Origin: an uncultured Actinomycetes bacterium
GTDB lineage: Bacteria; Actinomycetota; Thermoleophilia; Gaiellales; Gaiellaceae
Direction: 5' to 3'
NCBI GenBank assembly: GCA_963779025.1
Contig: CAVZWR010000019.1
Span: 321,755 to 385,754 of the forward strand
Length of the DNA: 64,000 nucleotides
Shown here piece by piece: positions 51,674 through 60,996 of the stretch. The translations under genes were made by a program, and so were the position numbers. Positions within the stretch are counted from its first letter, which is position 1. Each line of letters begins with the position of its first letter. A model generated the notes under the pieces. It saw only the letters and a list, made by a program, of their open reading frames with translations, was not told the DNA's origin and ran no database searches.

Positions 51674-53409
51674 CCTCGGCCCGGACGGGCTCGCTGATCA
51701 GGAGCACGTCGCCGCGGGTCGGGTCGTTCAGCCAGTTCGCGGCGAGGCCGATCCGGTACGACCAGTTCCCGCGCGGCGGGTGGTCGACCCAGGTCAGGGC
51801 CTTCGTCGCCTTGATCCGTCGCATGTACAGGTGGCAGTCCCTCGCGGCGCCGCTCCGCTGCTCGCGGCAGACGACGCCGTCCTTCACCTTGCGTTTCTCG
51901 GGGTTCGTCGGATCGGGGAACTTCTTCGGCGACCGGAGGACGACGTAGAAGACGCCGACCGGGCCGCCGTAGGGCCGTTTCCAGGAGAGGCCGACCTCCT
52001 TCCCCCGCCGCACGGCCTTGAGACCCAGCGCGCCGGTGACCGGCACGAGCGTGTGCTGTGCGTCGTTCCGCACGGTTCTCGCGCTCGTCTGCACCCGCGT
52101 CGCGCCCAGGACGACCGCGGGCAGCGCGACGAGCAGGACGGCGGCGACGATGATCGGCCGGGTCAGACGGCTCGGGTTCGCCCTGTTCGGGCGGGTAGCG
52201 CTCGGCGAGCCGTCTCCCGAGCTTGCGGCACGAGTAGCGGCACGCCCGCGAGCAGCAGCACGAAGGCCGGGAAGCTCGGCATCAGGAGCCGGAAGAAGCT
52301 CGCGTCCTCGACGCGGGCGTGGCCGGAGGTGCCCTTGACGATGAGGAACGCGTAGAACCAGACGGCGACCAGCGCTCCCTTCGCCCACGAGCGCCGCAGC
52401 AGCCCGATCACGCCGGCGAGCGCAACCCACTGGAGGGGCCTGACCGCCCAGAAGAACTCCCGCAGCGAGTCCTTGTTGTCCTGGAGGTGCTGCCAGTCGA
52501 TGTTCACGTAGCGCCCGATCCCGGCGGCGAGCACGCCGAAGGCGAGCGGGATGGCCAGCGTCGCGAGCGTGCCGTCGGTGCCGGCGGCGAAGAGGGGCTG
52601 CGTGCCCGAGCCCGCGCTGCTTCCAGAGCACCACGAGCAGCAGTCCCGGGAGCACCGCGGCCCCGAAGTAGAGGACCTGGCGCCAGCGCCGCGCGATCAG
52701 GAACGCAGCCAGGGGTGCCGCGAAGAAGACCGCGTTCGAGGGCTTCACGCAGAAGGCGAAGCCGACGACGAGCCCGGCGAGCACCGCCTCGCGCCAGTCG
52801 CGCGTGTCGAGGCCACGGACGACGAGGTACGCGGCGACGATCAGCAGCACCATCGACGGGAAGTCGGCGAGCGGCGTCAGCCCGAACGTCTGCGGCAGCG
52901 TCTGCTCGATGTACTTGCCGTGGTAGCGCTGGACGAAGAGCGGGATCGCGATGTACGGCAGCGCGATCCAGAGCCCTGCCGTCCAGTAGCCGAACATGCG
53001 CCCGGCGATCCGGGCGCCGATTCCGTACATCCCGAGCAGCGCAACCGGGAGCAGCACGAGCGTGTCGACGAGGATGATCCCCGGCAGGCCGGAGAGGACG
53101 GTGTTGCCGGCGACCCCGGCCAGCGGGCTGAGCAGATACGACCAGCCCCAGCCGACCTCCGCGGTCGGCAGGCGCCAGTGCGCGAACGACCAGCCGGTGC
53201 GTCCAGTAGAAGGTCTCGTCGCCGCCCTGGTAGTAGAGCCACGAGTTGTGGCGGACGGTGACCATGAACACGATCAGCGCCAGCCACTGGACGAGGATCA
53301 GCGGGCCGAGGACGATCCACGGCTCGCGGCCGAACGGTCCGAGCCAGGAGGGCGGAGTGAGCGAGTGCGTGCGGGCCCAGACCGCCCGCGCGCCGTCAGT
53401 GAGCCGCAT
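51666..53409 (-). CDS. GT-C-like integral membrane glycosyltransferase candidate (ArnT/PMT-like) with C-terminal extracytoplasmic domain; frame-disrupted (at least 3)
   Basis: More than 10 hydrophobic segments across three frames ([20 protein letters not shown].., [18 protein letters not shown].., [20 protein letters not shown].., [15 protein letters not shown]..). Soluble tail [21 protein letters not shown]... ATG 53409 overlaps the fcl stop. Confidence 0.55.
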
Positions 53410-54319
53410 GCATCGGGGCCTGCGCGCGGTACCAGGCGATCGTCCGCTCGAGGCCCTCGCGTAGCGACGTCCGCGCCTCGAACCCGAACAGCTCCTGCGC
53501 GCGCGAGGCGTCGAGGCTGCGCCGCGGCTGGCCGTTCGGCATCGACTCGTCCCAGGTGATCTCGCCGGTGAATCCGGTCAGCTCGGCGATCAGCTCGGCC
53601 AGCTCGCGGATCGAGATCTCCTTGCCGGCGCCGATGTTGACGGGCTCCTCGCCGTCGTAGCGCTCGGCGGCGAGCAGGAACGCCTCGGCCGCGTCCTCGA
53701 CGTAGAGGAACTCGCGCGTCGGCGAGCCGTCACCCCAGAGCACGACCTCCTCCGGCGACTCGTGCATCTTCCGGATCAGGTCCGCGATCACGTGTGCGTT
53801 CGTCGGGTGGAAGTTGTCGCGCGGCCCGTAGAGGTTCGCCGGCAGGAGGAAGATCGCGTTCGTCCCGTACTGCTCGCGGTAGGACTGCGCGCCGACGAGG
53901 ATCGACTTCTTGGCGACGCCGTAAGGCGCGTTCGTCTCCTCCGGGTAGCCGTTCCAGAGCTCGTCCTCGTGGAAGGGCACCGGCGTGTGCTTCGGGTACG
54001 CGCAGACCGTGCCGGCGAGGACGACCTTGCCGACGTCGTGCCGGCGCGCCAGCTCGAGCACGTGCGCGCCCATGATCAGGTTCGCGTACCAGTAGCGCCC
54101 AGGGTTCGCGCGGTTCGCGCCGATCCCGCCGACCTCGGCGGCGAGGTGGAAGACGACGTCGGGCTCGGCGTCCTCGAACAGGCGCTCGGCGTCGTCCCAG
54201 CGGGTCAGGTCGTAGTCGGTCTTGCGCGCGACGAAGACGTCATGGCCGACTGCCTGGAGCCGCTCGACGAGGTGCGAGCCGAGAAAGCCCCCTCCGCCCG
54301 TGACGAGGGCTCGCGTCAT
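53396..54319 (-). CDS. fcl: GDP-L-fucose synthase (GDP-4-keto-6-deoxymannose 3,5-epimerase/4-reductase)
   Basis: Intact 307 aa. [61 protein letters not shown] overlap with the upstream gene. Confidence 0.85.
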   Translation of the reverse strand: MTRALVTGGGGFLGSHLVERLQAVGHDVFVARKTDYDLTRWDDAERLFEDAEPDVVFHLAAEVGGIGANRANPGRYWYANLIMGAHVLELARRHDVGKVVLAGTVCAYPKHTPVPFHEDELWNGYPEETNAPYGVAKKSILVGAQSYREQYGTNAIFLLPANLYGPRDNFHPTNAHVIADLIRKMHESPEEVVLWGDGSPTREFLYVEDAAEAFLLAAERYDGEEPVNIGAGKEISIRELAELIAELTGFTGEITWDESMPNGQPRRSLDASRAQELFGFEARTSLREGLERTIAWYRAQAPMHAAH

Positions 54320-55452
54320 GCCTTGGCGGAGGCGGCGCGCGTCAGCCAGTCGACCCGGCCGATCCAGCGGTCCCGGTTCTCCGCGTACCAGCGGATCGTG
54401 TGCAGGACCCCTTCCTCCCAGCTCACCTTCGGCTCCCAGCCGGTCTCGCGCGTCAGCTTCTCGTGGCCGACGCGGAGCGCCATCACCTCGCTCGCGCCGG
54501 GGCGGTAGCGCGCGGCGGTCGAGACGACGTGCCGGCCGGCGGGCCAGAAGCCGTTCTCCTCGCCGACCTTGATGATCAGCGCCGACCAGTCCGCCATCGA
54601 GATGTTCTCGCCCTGGCCGTACACGTAGACGTCTCCCGGGATGCCCTGCGCGGCGACGGTCAGGTGGCCGCGCACGCCGTCGGTGCAGAAGCAGAAGTCC
54701 CGCAGCGGGTCGAGCTGGCCGAGCTCGATCTCCTCGCGCTCGAGCGCCTGCGTGATGATCGTGCCGGTCACGTAGCGCGGGTTCTGGCGCGGCCCGTAGT
54801 TGTTGAACATCCGCGTGACGACCCCGGGGAGGCCGAACGCGTCGTGGTAGTTCATCGTCAGGAAGTCGGCGGCGACCTTCGAGGTCGCGTAGATCGACTT
54901 CGGGTTGATCGGCGAGCGCTCGTGCAGGATCAGGGCGCCCGCCTCGTCCCAGTCGTGGTGGTGGGCGACCGACTCGCGCGGATTGCCGTACTCCTCGGAG
55001 GTGCCGGCGGTGTCGAACTTCTCGACGTCGAGGCCGTGGTCGACGATCGACTGGAGCAGATTGAGGGTCCCGATGGTGTTCGCCATCATCGTCTCGTAGG
55101 GGCGGTGCCACGACTCGCCCACATGCGCCTGCGCGCCGAGGTGGAAGACGTACGGCCGGTCTGGCACCTTCGCGAGCTCCCGGACCAGATAGTCGATCGA
55201 GGTCTTGTCGGTCAGGTCGGCGAAGTGGACGCGCAACCGGTCGCGGAGCGGGCCGATGTTGTTCAGCGCGCCGCTCGAAGTCGCACGGACGAAGGCATTG
55301 ACGTCCGCGCCGAGGTGGACGAGCGCGTCGGTCAGGTGCGAGCCCATGAAGCCGTCCGCGCCGGTGACGAGCACGGTCCGGCCCTCGTAGACGCCGCCGA
55401 ATTCCCTGGTCAGGTCGGCGAGCGCTTCCTCGGTCCACGCGGTGTCCGTCAT
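54316..55452 (-). CDS. extended-SDR NDP-sugar dehydratase/epimerase
   Basis: Intact 378 aa. [36 protein letters not shown] (YxxxK), [10 protein letters not shown]. Confidence 0.75.
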   Translation of the reverse strand: MTDTAWTEEALADLTREFGGVYEGRTVLVTGADGFMGSHLTDALVHLGADVNAFVRATSSGALNNIGPLRDRLRVHFADLTDKTSIDYLVRELAKVPDRPYVFHLGAQAHVGESWHRPYETMMANTIGTLNLLQSIVDHGLDVEKFDTAGTSEEYGNPRESVAHHHDWDEAGALILHERSPINPKSIYATSKVAADFLTMNYHDAFGLPGVVTRMFNNYGPRQNPRYVTGTIITQALEREEIELGQLDPLRDFCFCTDGVRGHLTVAAQGIPGDVYVYGQGENISMADWSALIIKVGEENGFWPAGRHVVSTAARYRPGASEVMALRVGHEKLTRETGWEPKVSWEEGVLHTIRWYAENRDRWIGRVDWLTRAASAKA

Positions 55453-55462
55453 CGCAAGGAGG

Positions 55463-56158
55463 TTAGCCCGCCTTCGGGCCGGAACGGCCGATGAAGGGAC
55501 GGATCACCTCGACCGTCTTCAGGCCCAGCCGGGTGCTGAAGAACCGCTGCCGCGCCGAGGCGACGGCTCGCTGGCCGGGCGGGAGGTAGCGGAAGTTCAT
55601 CCGGCCGCCGGAGCGCTCGCCTTTCCACTCGCCGTCCGGCACCTCGTCGGCGAGCTTACGGACGACGGCGGTGCGGAAGCTGGCGGGAGTCTCGAGCCGC
55701 CACGCCTCCGAGTTCTGCAGGTGGTCGACGACGGCAGAGACGGGAGGCATGTACGCGTCGTCCAGCAGCATCAGCCCGCCGATCTTCACGTGCGGCTGGA
55801 GGTACCACCAGTCGAGCGTCGGGTACGGGAACGCGTGCCCGCCGTCGATCAGGACGACGTCGAGCGGACGCGGATCCCAGTCGCGGAGGACGTCCGCGGA
55901 GGACCCGATCCGGAAGGTGAGCTTCTCCGTCGAGATCCCGCGGCGCTCGCACTCGCGGGTGATCCGCTCCGCCTCGCCGGCCGAGGGCGTGACCGCCTCG
56001 TGCTCGGCGCCGCGCGCGGCGAAGACCATCGTGCTCGCGCCGGCGCCGGTCTCCAGGGTCGCCATCCCGGGCTGGACGCTGCGCTCGATGTAGGCGAGTG
56101 CAGCCCACGCGAGCCCCCACAGCTGAGCCTCGCCGTGCAGGCTCGGCTGCTCGTGCAT
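55463..56158 (-). CDS. class I SAM-dependent methyltransferase (Methyltransf_24-like)
   Basis: 231 aa from ATG 56158. LETGAGASTMVFAARGA, VVLIDGGHAF, GGLMLLDD. The 844 aa track ORF upstream of this is out-of-frame shadow. Confidence 0.7.
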   Translation of the reverse strand: MHEQPSLHGEAQLWGLAWAALAYIERSVQPGMATLETGAGASTMVFAARGAEHEAVTPSAGEAERITRECERRGISTEKLTFRIGSSADVLRDWDPRPLDVVLIDGGHAFPYPTLDWWYLQPHVKIGGLMLLDDAYMPPVSAVVDHLQNSEAWRLETPASFRTAVVRKLADEVPDGEWKGERSGGRMNFRYLPPGQRAVASARQRFFSTRLGLKTVEVIRPFIGRSGPKAG

Positions 56159-56181
56159 CAGCTGCTCGGTGAGGCTCCCGC

Positions 56182-56891
56182 TCAAGCTTCCGCGACCACG
56201 TGGTAGTTGACGAAGAGGGCACCCGGGCGCTGCTCGCGCAGCATCCCGACGTGGCCGTCGACGAACGGCGCGAACCGGTTGATCATCCGGACGCCCAGCT
56301 TGCCGAGGAAGCCGACGTGGAGCCGGCGGGAGAGGAGGTCGACGTACGTGGCGCTCAGCTTGCCGAGGCAGGCGGTCGCCCCGCCGACGGGCGTCACGGT
56401 GAGGGCGCTCCACTCGGCCGTGCGAAACAGCCGCTCGAGCCCGGTATGCGTCCAGCGCCAGTTGTCCTCGGGGGAGGGGTGGTAGACCTCGACGCCGTGG
56501 GTCGAGGCGAGCACGCGGCCGCCGGGAGCGGTGACGCGGCGCAGCTCGCGGATCGCCTGCTGCGGGTCGATCGTGTGCTCGAGCACCTGGGTGCAGAGGA
56601 TCACGTCGAAGCTCGCGTCGGGCACGGGCAGGGACTCGACCGAGCCGTGGACGTCTGCGGCCGGGTTCTCGACCACGTCGACGCCGACGTACTCGGAGGC
56701 GCCGTCGCGGAAGAAGGGGTAGTACGGCTTCACGCCGCAGCCGACGTCGAGGACGCGATAGCTGCCGTACCGCTCGGCTGCGCGGCGTGCCTCGTCCCGG
56801 AGCCACGCCGAGAGCGGCGCACGGAGCAGAAAGGTCGGCGAAGAACGCGGTGGGTTGCGCCGAAGCTCCCCGGGCCACGCTCGCCTTCCAT
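56182..56891 (-). CDS. class I SAM-dependent methyltransferase; 1-2 frame changes in the N-terminal ~45 codons
   Basis: YRVLDVGCGVKPYYPFF (motif I), FDVILCTQVLEH, RVTAPGGRVLAST. ATG 56891 is supported by the upstream -10-like box. Confidence 0.7.
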
Positions 56892-56898
56892 CGGTCGG

Positions 56899-56918
56899 AC
56901 ACTACCCCCTCGTACAAT
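56899..56918. promoter_or_regulatory. back-to-back -10-like boxes for divergent leaderless genes
   Basis: TAGTGT (minus strand, 56904-56899) lies 7 nt before ATG 56891. TACAAT (plus strand, 56913-56918) lies 8 nt before GTG 56927. Confidence 0.4.
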
Positions 56919-56926
56919 CGGTTTTC

Positions 56927-57916
56927 GTGGACGCCCGCCGCGCGCTCATCACCGGTATCGCCGGGCAGGACGGATCCCTGCTCGCCGAGCTCCTGCTCGA
57001 GAACGGCTACGAGGTCTTCGGCGTCGTGCGCCGCGCGACCTCGGAGCAGTTCGACAACCTCGAGGCGGTTCGCGACCGGATCGAGCTCGTGCAGGCCGAC
57101 CTGCTGGACGAGCTCTCGCTCGTCGATGCGCTGAAGACGATGAAGCCGCACGAGGTCTACAACCTCGCCTCGCCGTCGTTCGTGCCGATGTCGTGGCGCC
57201 AGCCGGTGCTCACCGCGGAGTTCGCGGCCGTGGGCGTGACGGCGCTGCTGGAGTCGATTCGGCTCGTCGATCCGGAGGTGCGCTTCTACCAGGCCTCTTC
57301 GAGCGAGATCTTCGGCGAGCCGCGCGAGGTGCCGCAGACCGAGGAGACCGCTCTGGCGCCGGTGACGCCGTACGGCGTCGCGAAGGCGTACGGCCACCTG
57401 ATCGTCCGCAGCTACCGGAAGCGCTACGGCCTGTTCGCGTGCTCCGGGATCCTCTTCAACCACGAGTCGGCCCGGCGGCCGACGGACTTCGTGCCGCGGA
57501 AGGTCGCGCGCGCGGCGGCGGCGATCTCGCTCGGACTGGAAAGCGACCTCTGGCTCGGGAACCTCGACGCCAGGCGCGACTGGGGCTACGCCGGCGACTA
57601 CGTGCGCGCGATGTGGCTGATGCTCCAGCAGGAGGAGGCGGACGACTACGTGATCGCGACCGGCGTTCCGCACAGCGTCCGCGAGCTCGTCGAGCTCGCG
57701 TTCGGGCGCGTCGGGCTCGACTGGCAGGAGTACGTCCACATCGACGAGTCGCTCGTCCGCGGGGCCGCCGAGCTGCACGACCTGGTCGGTGATGCCTCGA
57801 AGGCGCAGGCGCGGCTGGGCTGGCAGACGACGCTCGACTTCGAGGGGCTCGTACGCCTGCTCGTCGACGCAGACCTCGAACGCCTGCGGCGCGAGCAGGC
57901 TACGGTCGAGGCGTGA
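56927..57916 (+). CDS. gmd: GDP-mannose 4,6-dehydratase
   Basis: ALITGIAGQDGSLLAELLLENGYEVFGVVRR, FYQASSSEIFG, TPYGVAKAYG, ILFNHESARRPTDFVPRKV, RDWGYAGDYV. Confidence 0.92.
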   Translation: MDARRALITGIAGQDGSLLAELLLENGYEVFGVVRRATSEQFDNLEAVRDRIELVQADLLDELSLVDALKTMKPHEVYNLASPSFVPMSWRQPVLTAEFAAVGVTALLESIRLVDPEVRFYQASSSEIFGEPREVPQTEETALAPVTPYGVAKAYGHLIVRSYRKRYGLFACSGILFNHESARRPTDFVPRKVARAAAAISLGLESDLWLGNLDARRDWGYAGDYVRAMWLMLQQEEADDYVIATGVPHSVRELVELAFGRVGLDWQEYVHIDESLVRGAAELHDLVGDASKAQARLGWQTTLDFEGLVRLLVDADLERLRREQATVEA

Positions 57917-58683
57917 AGCGGCTCGGCCTCGTGCTCGTCGCCGCGGCCGCTCTCGCAGCCGGCGGCGCGACCGTATCCGAGGCTCAGGCTCCGGCAAACG
58001 GACACTTCGTCGTGCAGTTCGCGCCGCCGCGCAACGCCGACGAGCGCTTCCTCGTCCAGCTGCTCCGGGCCGCGCAGCTCCCGCAGGTCTTTACCGAGCT
58101 CGGCAAGCACCTGAAGCTGCCCCACAACATCATCATCCGCGTCCAGGGCGGCAACAACGGGCCGTACTACAACCCGGCCACCCGGACGATCATCCTCAAC
58201 CACCCGTTCTCGGCGCTCGTCCTGAACGTCTTCCAGCAGGAGTACCCGAAGATCACGGCGCACCGGCTCGGCGAGCTCTTCGCCGAGCTCGAGTACTTCG
58301 TGCTGTTCCACGAGGTCGGGCACGCGCTCGTCGACCAGTGGGACCTGCCCGTCGTCGGCCGCGAGGAGGACGCGGTCGACGCGTTCTCGACGATCTTCAT
58401 GACCGAGTTCGTCAAGGAGGGCGAGTTCGCGCTCGCGGGCGCCGACTTCTTCTACTACCTCGCCGGCACGCATCAGCTCTCCGAGGTCGACTTCGCCGAC
58501 GAGCACTCGTTCGACAAGCAGCGCTCGTACTCGATCGCCTGCTGGGTGTACGGCAGCAACGCGCAGCGCTACGGCTTCCTGCGCAGCGTCCTGCCGGCCG
58601 AGCGGCGCGTGCGCTGCCCCGACGAGTACCGGAGGCTGAAGAAGGCGTGGTTCAGCTTCCTGCGCCCGCACATCAGGGCGTAA
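57913..58683 (+). CDS. secreted DUF4344-type putative zinc metallopeptidase
   Basis: GTGA overlap with the gmd stop. Signal peptide MKRLGLVLVAAAALAAGGATVSEAQA. HExxH as LFHEVGHALV, with EEDAVDAFS downstream. Confidence 0.7.
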   Translation: MKRLGLVLVAAAALAAGGATVSEAQAPANGHFVVQFAPPRNADERFLVQLLRAAQLPQVFTELGKHLKLPHNIIIRVQGGNNGPYYNPATRTIILNHPFSALVLNVFQQEYPKITAHRLGELFAELEYFVLFHEVGHALVDQWDLPVVGREEDAVDAFSTIFMTEFVKEGEFALAGADFFYYLAGTHQLSEVDFADEHSFDKQRSYSIACWVYGSNAQRYGFLRSVLPAERRVRCPDEYRRLKKAWFSFLRPHIRA

Positions 58684-59729
58684 GCGTCCGGTAGACCTCG
58701 TCGTGCTGCCTGGCGCAGTGGTCCCAGGTGAACTTCGCCGCCTGCTCGATCCCGCCTGAGGGAGGGTCGTCCAGCACGCGCCGGATCGCGTCGGCGATCG
58801 ACTCGACCGAGGTCGGGTCGAGGTAGACCGCGGCGTCACCGCACACCTCCGGCAGTGACGCGACGTTCGAGGCTGCGACCGGCGCGCCGCACGCCATCGC
58901 CTCCAGGCACGGCATCCCGAAGCCCTCGTACAGGCTCGGGTAGACCACGGCCGCGGTGGTGCGGTAGAGGTCGACCAGCTCGGCCAGCGGCACGTGCCCG
59001 CGTGACTCGGCGCCGTCGGGGAGCGTCAGGGCGTCGTGCCCGGCGCCGGTGAGCACCAGCCGCAGCTCCGGGCGCTCGCGCCGCACCAGTGCGAACGCCT
59101 CGAACAGGCGCGGGTGGTTCTTGTGCGGCCAGGCGTTGGCGGGGTAGAGGAGGAAGCTCTCGCGCGCCTGCCCGTCCGGCGTGAAGGTTCCGTGGTCGAC
59201 GGCGAGGTGGATCGCGCGGACGCGATCAGGCTCCAGCGGATAGCGGTCGAGGATCGTTCGCCGCGCGTGCTCGCTGATCGTGATCACGAAGTCGCTCTCC
59301 AGGAGCGGCCGGCGGTAGAAGCGCCGCCGGTAGAGGAGCTGGGTGCGAGAGAAGAACTCCGGGTGCTCCTCGTGCTGGAGATCGAGGATGGTCGTCGCCG
59401 CGGGCACCTCGCCCGGCGGGGGCAGCATCACGGTGAACGGGAAGTGGATCGCGTCGAGCTCGCCGAGCCGCATGGCCTCGCGCAGCCGCCCCGGCGCCAG
59501 CGCCGCCCGCGCCATCGCCGCCGTACGGCCGGCGGCCGAGCGGGTCGCCCGGTACTCCACGACGGCCTGAGTCGGGGAGGCCGCCGCCTGCGTCCTCTGC
59601 CCCCGGCGGCACGAAGACCCGGTACTCGAGCCGGCCGACCCGCGCCAGCGCCTTCGTCAGCTCGCGGGCGTACGTTTCCGACCCGCCCATCACGCCGGGG
59701 ACGAGCGTCAGCATCGAGAGCCCGATCAC
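58673..59729 (-). CDS. glycosyltransferase family 4; frame-disrupted (1)
   Basis: [62 protein letters not shown] (E-x7-E). Frame change near 59575. Confidence 0.8.
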
Positions 59730-59735
59730 GCGGCC

Positions 59736-59741
59736 ACCTTA
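59736..59741 (-). promoter_or_regulatory. -10-like box, leaderless arrangement
   Basis: TAAGGT (minus strand) lies 6 nt upstream of GTG 59729. Confidence 0.35.
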
Positions 59742-59747
59742 CAAGCC

Positions 59748-59860
59748 GCTCTTAACGGTGCCAGGCACTGTAAAGAACCTGCTCGGTGCGGATCTTTCCG
59801 GTTGCTCTTAACTGTGCCTGGCACGATCAAGAGCCCCTGCGTGTCAAAACATTTCGTTGC
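59748..59860 (+). repeat. two tandem ~57-nt direct repeat units, each carrying an 11-nt palindrome GTGCCNGGCAC
   Basis: Core GCTCTTAACGGTGCCAGGCAC (59748-59768) versus GCTCTTAACTGTGCCTGGCAC (59804-59824), 19 of 21 identical. Weaker similarity continues (..AAGA.CC.CTGC.. and ..TTTC.GTTGC). Confidence 0.7.
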
Positions 59861-59900
59861 GGCTGCCGGGCGAGCTTACAGAGCCGTAATGCCCCGGCGA

Positions 59901-59906
59901 TAAAAT
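59901..59906 (+). promoter_or_regulatory. -10-like box, leaderless arrangement
   Basis: TAAAAT lies 6 nt upstream of ATG 59913. No SD sequence. Confidence 0.4.
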
Positions 59907-59912
59907 GTCCTC

Positions 59913-60996
59913 ATGGCCGGGAGCGGTACCAAAACCCCTGCAGATGCAGGGACTTCCGTCGATGTGGCTGCGCTCGTCGAGCAGCTCCGCGAGGAGCTCG
60001 CAGGCGGCAAGAACGGAGCCGGCCGCGGTCAGCTGCTCGCCGCACGTCATCGGGCCGAACGGCTGTGGGCGGTCAGCGCCGACCGGCCGCTCGAGCGCCG
60101 GCCCGGACTGAAGGGCTGGGTCGCCTATCCGGTCAAGAAGGTGCTCCGGCCGCTGCTGCGCTGGTACGTCGAGCCGCTCGCGCACGAGCAGCGGATGTTC
60201 AACGACGTCGTCCTGAAGATGGTCGACGGGATCCTCGAGGAGGTCGACCGCGGCGAGCGCTCGCGCGAGGACGCGCTGCGCACGCTCGGCGAGCTCGAGG
60301 AACGGCTGACGCGCGTCGAGCGGCGCGGCGCGGGTCGGCGCGCCCGCAGACGGTCGCCGCACAGCCCGCCGCCGGCCGCTGTCCCCGACTACTTCGCCTT
60401 CGAGGCCCGCATGCGCGGCTCGACCGCCGACGTCCGCGAGCGGCAGCGGCCCTACGTCGACGACTTCCGCGACGCGGCGCCGGTGCTCGACGTCGGCTGC
60501 GGGCGCGGCGAGTTCCTCTCGCTGCTCCGCGACGCCGGGGTCGAGGCTCGCGGCGTCGACGCCGACGCCGACATGGTCGCCTACGCGCGCGGCGAAGGGC
60601 TCGAGGTCGAGCAGGCCGACGCGCTCGCGTACCTGGAGGCGCAGCCGGAGGGCTCGCTGGGCGGGATCTTCATGGCCCAGGTCGTCGAGCACCTCCCGCC
60701 GCCCCAGCTCTTCCGGCTGCTCGAGCTCTCGGCGCGGGCGCTCCGCCCCGGCGGCGTCCTCGTCGCGGAGACGATCAACCCACTCTCGCCGCTCGCGCTT
60801 CGCTCCTACTTCGCCGATCTGACGCACGCCCAGCCCCTCGTCCCCGAGACACTCGCGCTGCTCGCGAAGCAGGCGGGCTTCCGCGAGCGTCGACACCCGC
60901 TACCTGAACGCGCCGCGCCACGCGGACGACGTGGACGAGCGGATCCGCGAGGTGCTCTTCGCGCCGCTCGACTACGCGATCGTCGCCAGAACTTGA
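59913..60996 (+). CDS. class I SAM-dependent methyltransferase with N-terminal coiled-coil region; frame-disrupted (1)
   Basis: PVLDVGCGRGEFLSLL (motif I), GIFMAQVVEHLPP, LRPGGVLVAE. Frame change near 60890. Tail LFAPLDYAIVART*. Confidence 0.8.

Noticed and set aside
55463-57997. 844 aa ORF on the minus strand
   Set aside because: Only the last 231 codons (from ATG 56158) look like a real methyltransferase. The rest is antisense to gmd or out of frame over the neighbouring methyltransferase.
59818-59836. Possible sigma-54 promoter (TGGCAC in the second repeat unit)
   Set aside because: TGGCAC is followed by GATCAAGAGC. There is no TTGC(A/T) -12 element at the required 5-nt spacing, and the first repeat has AGGCAC instead.
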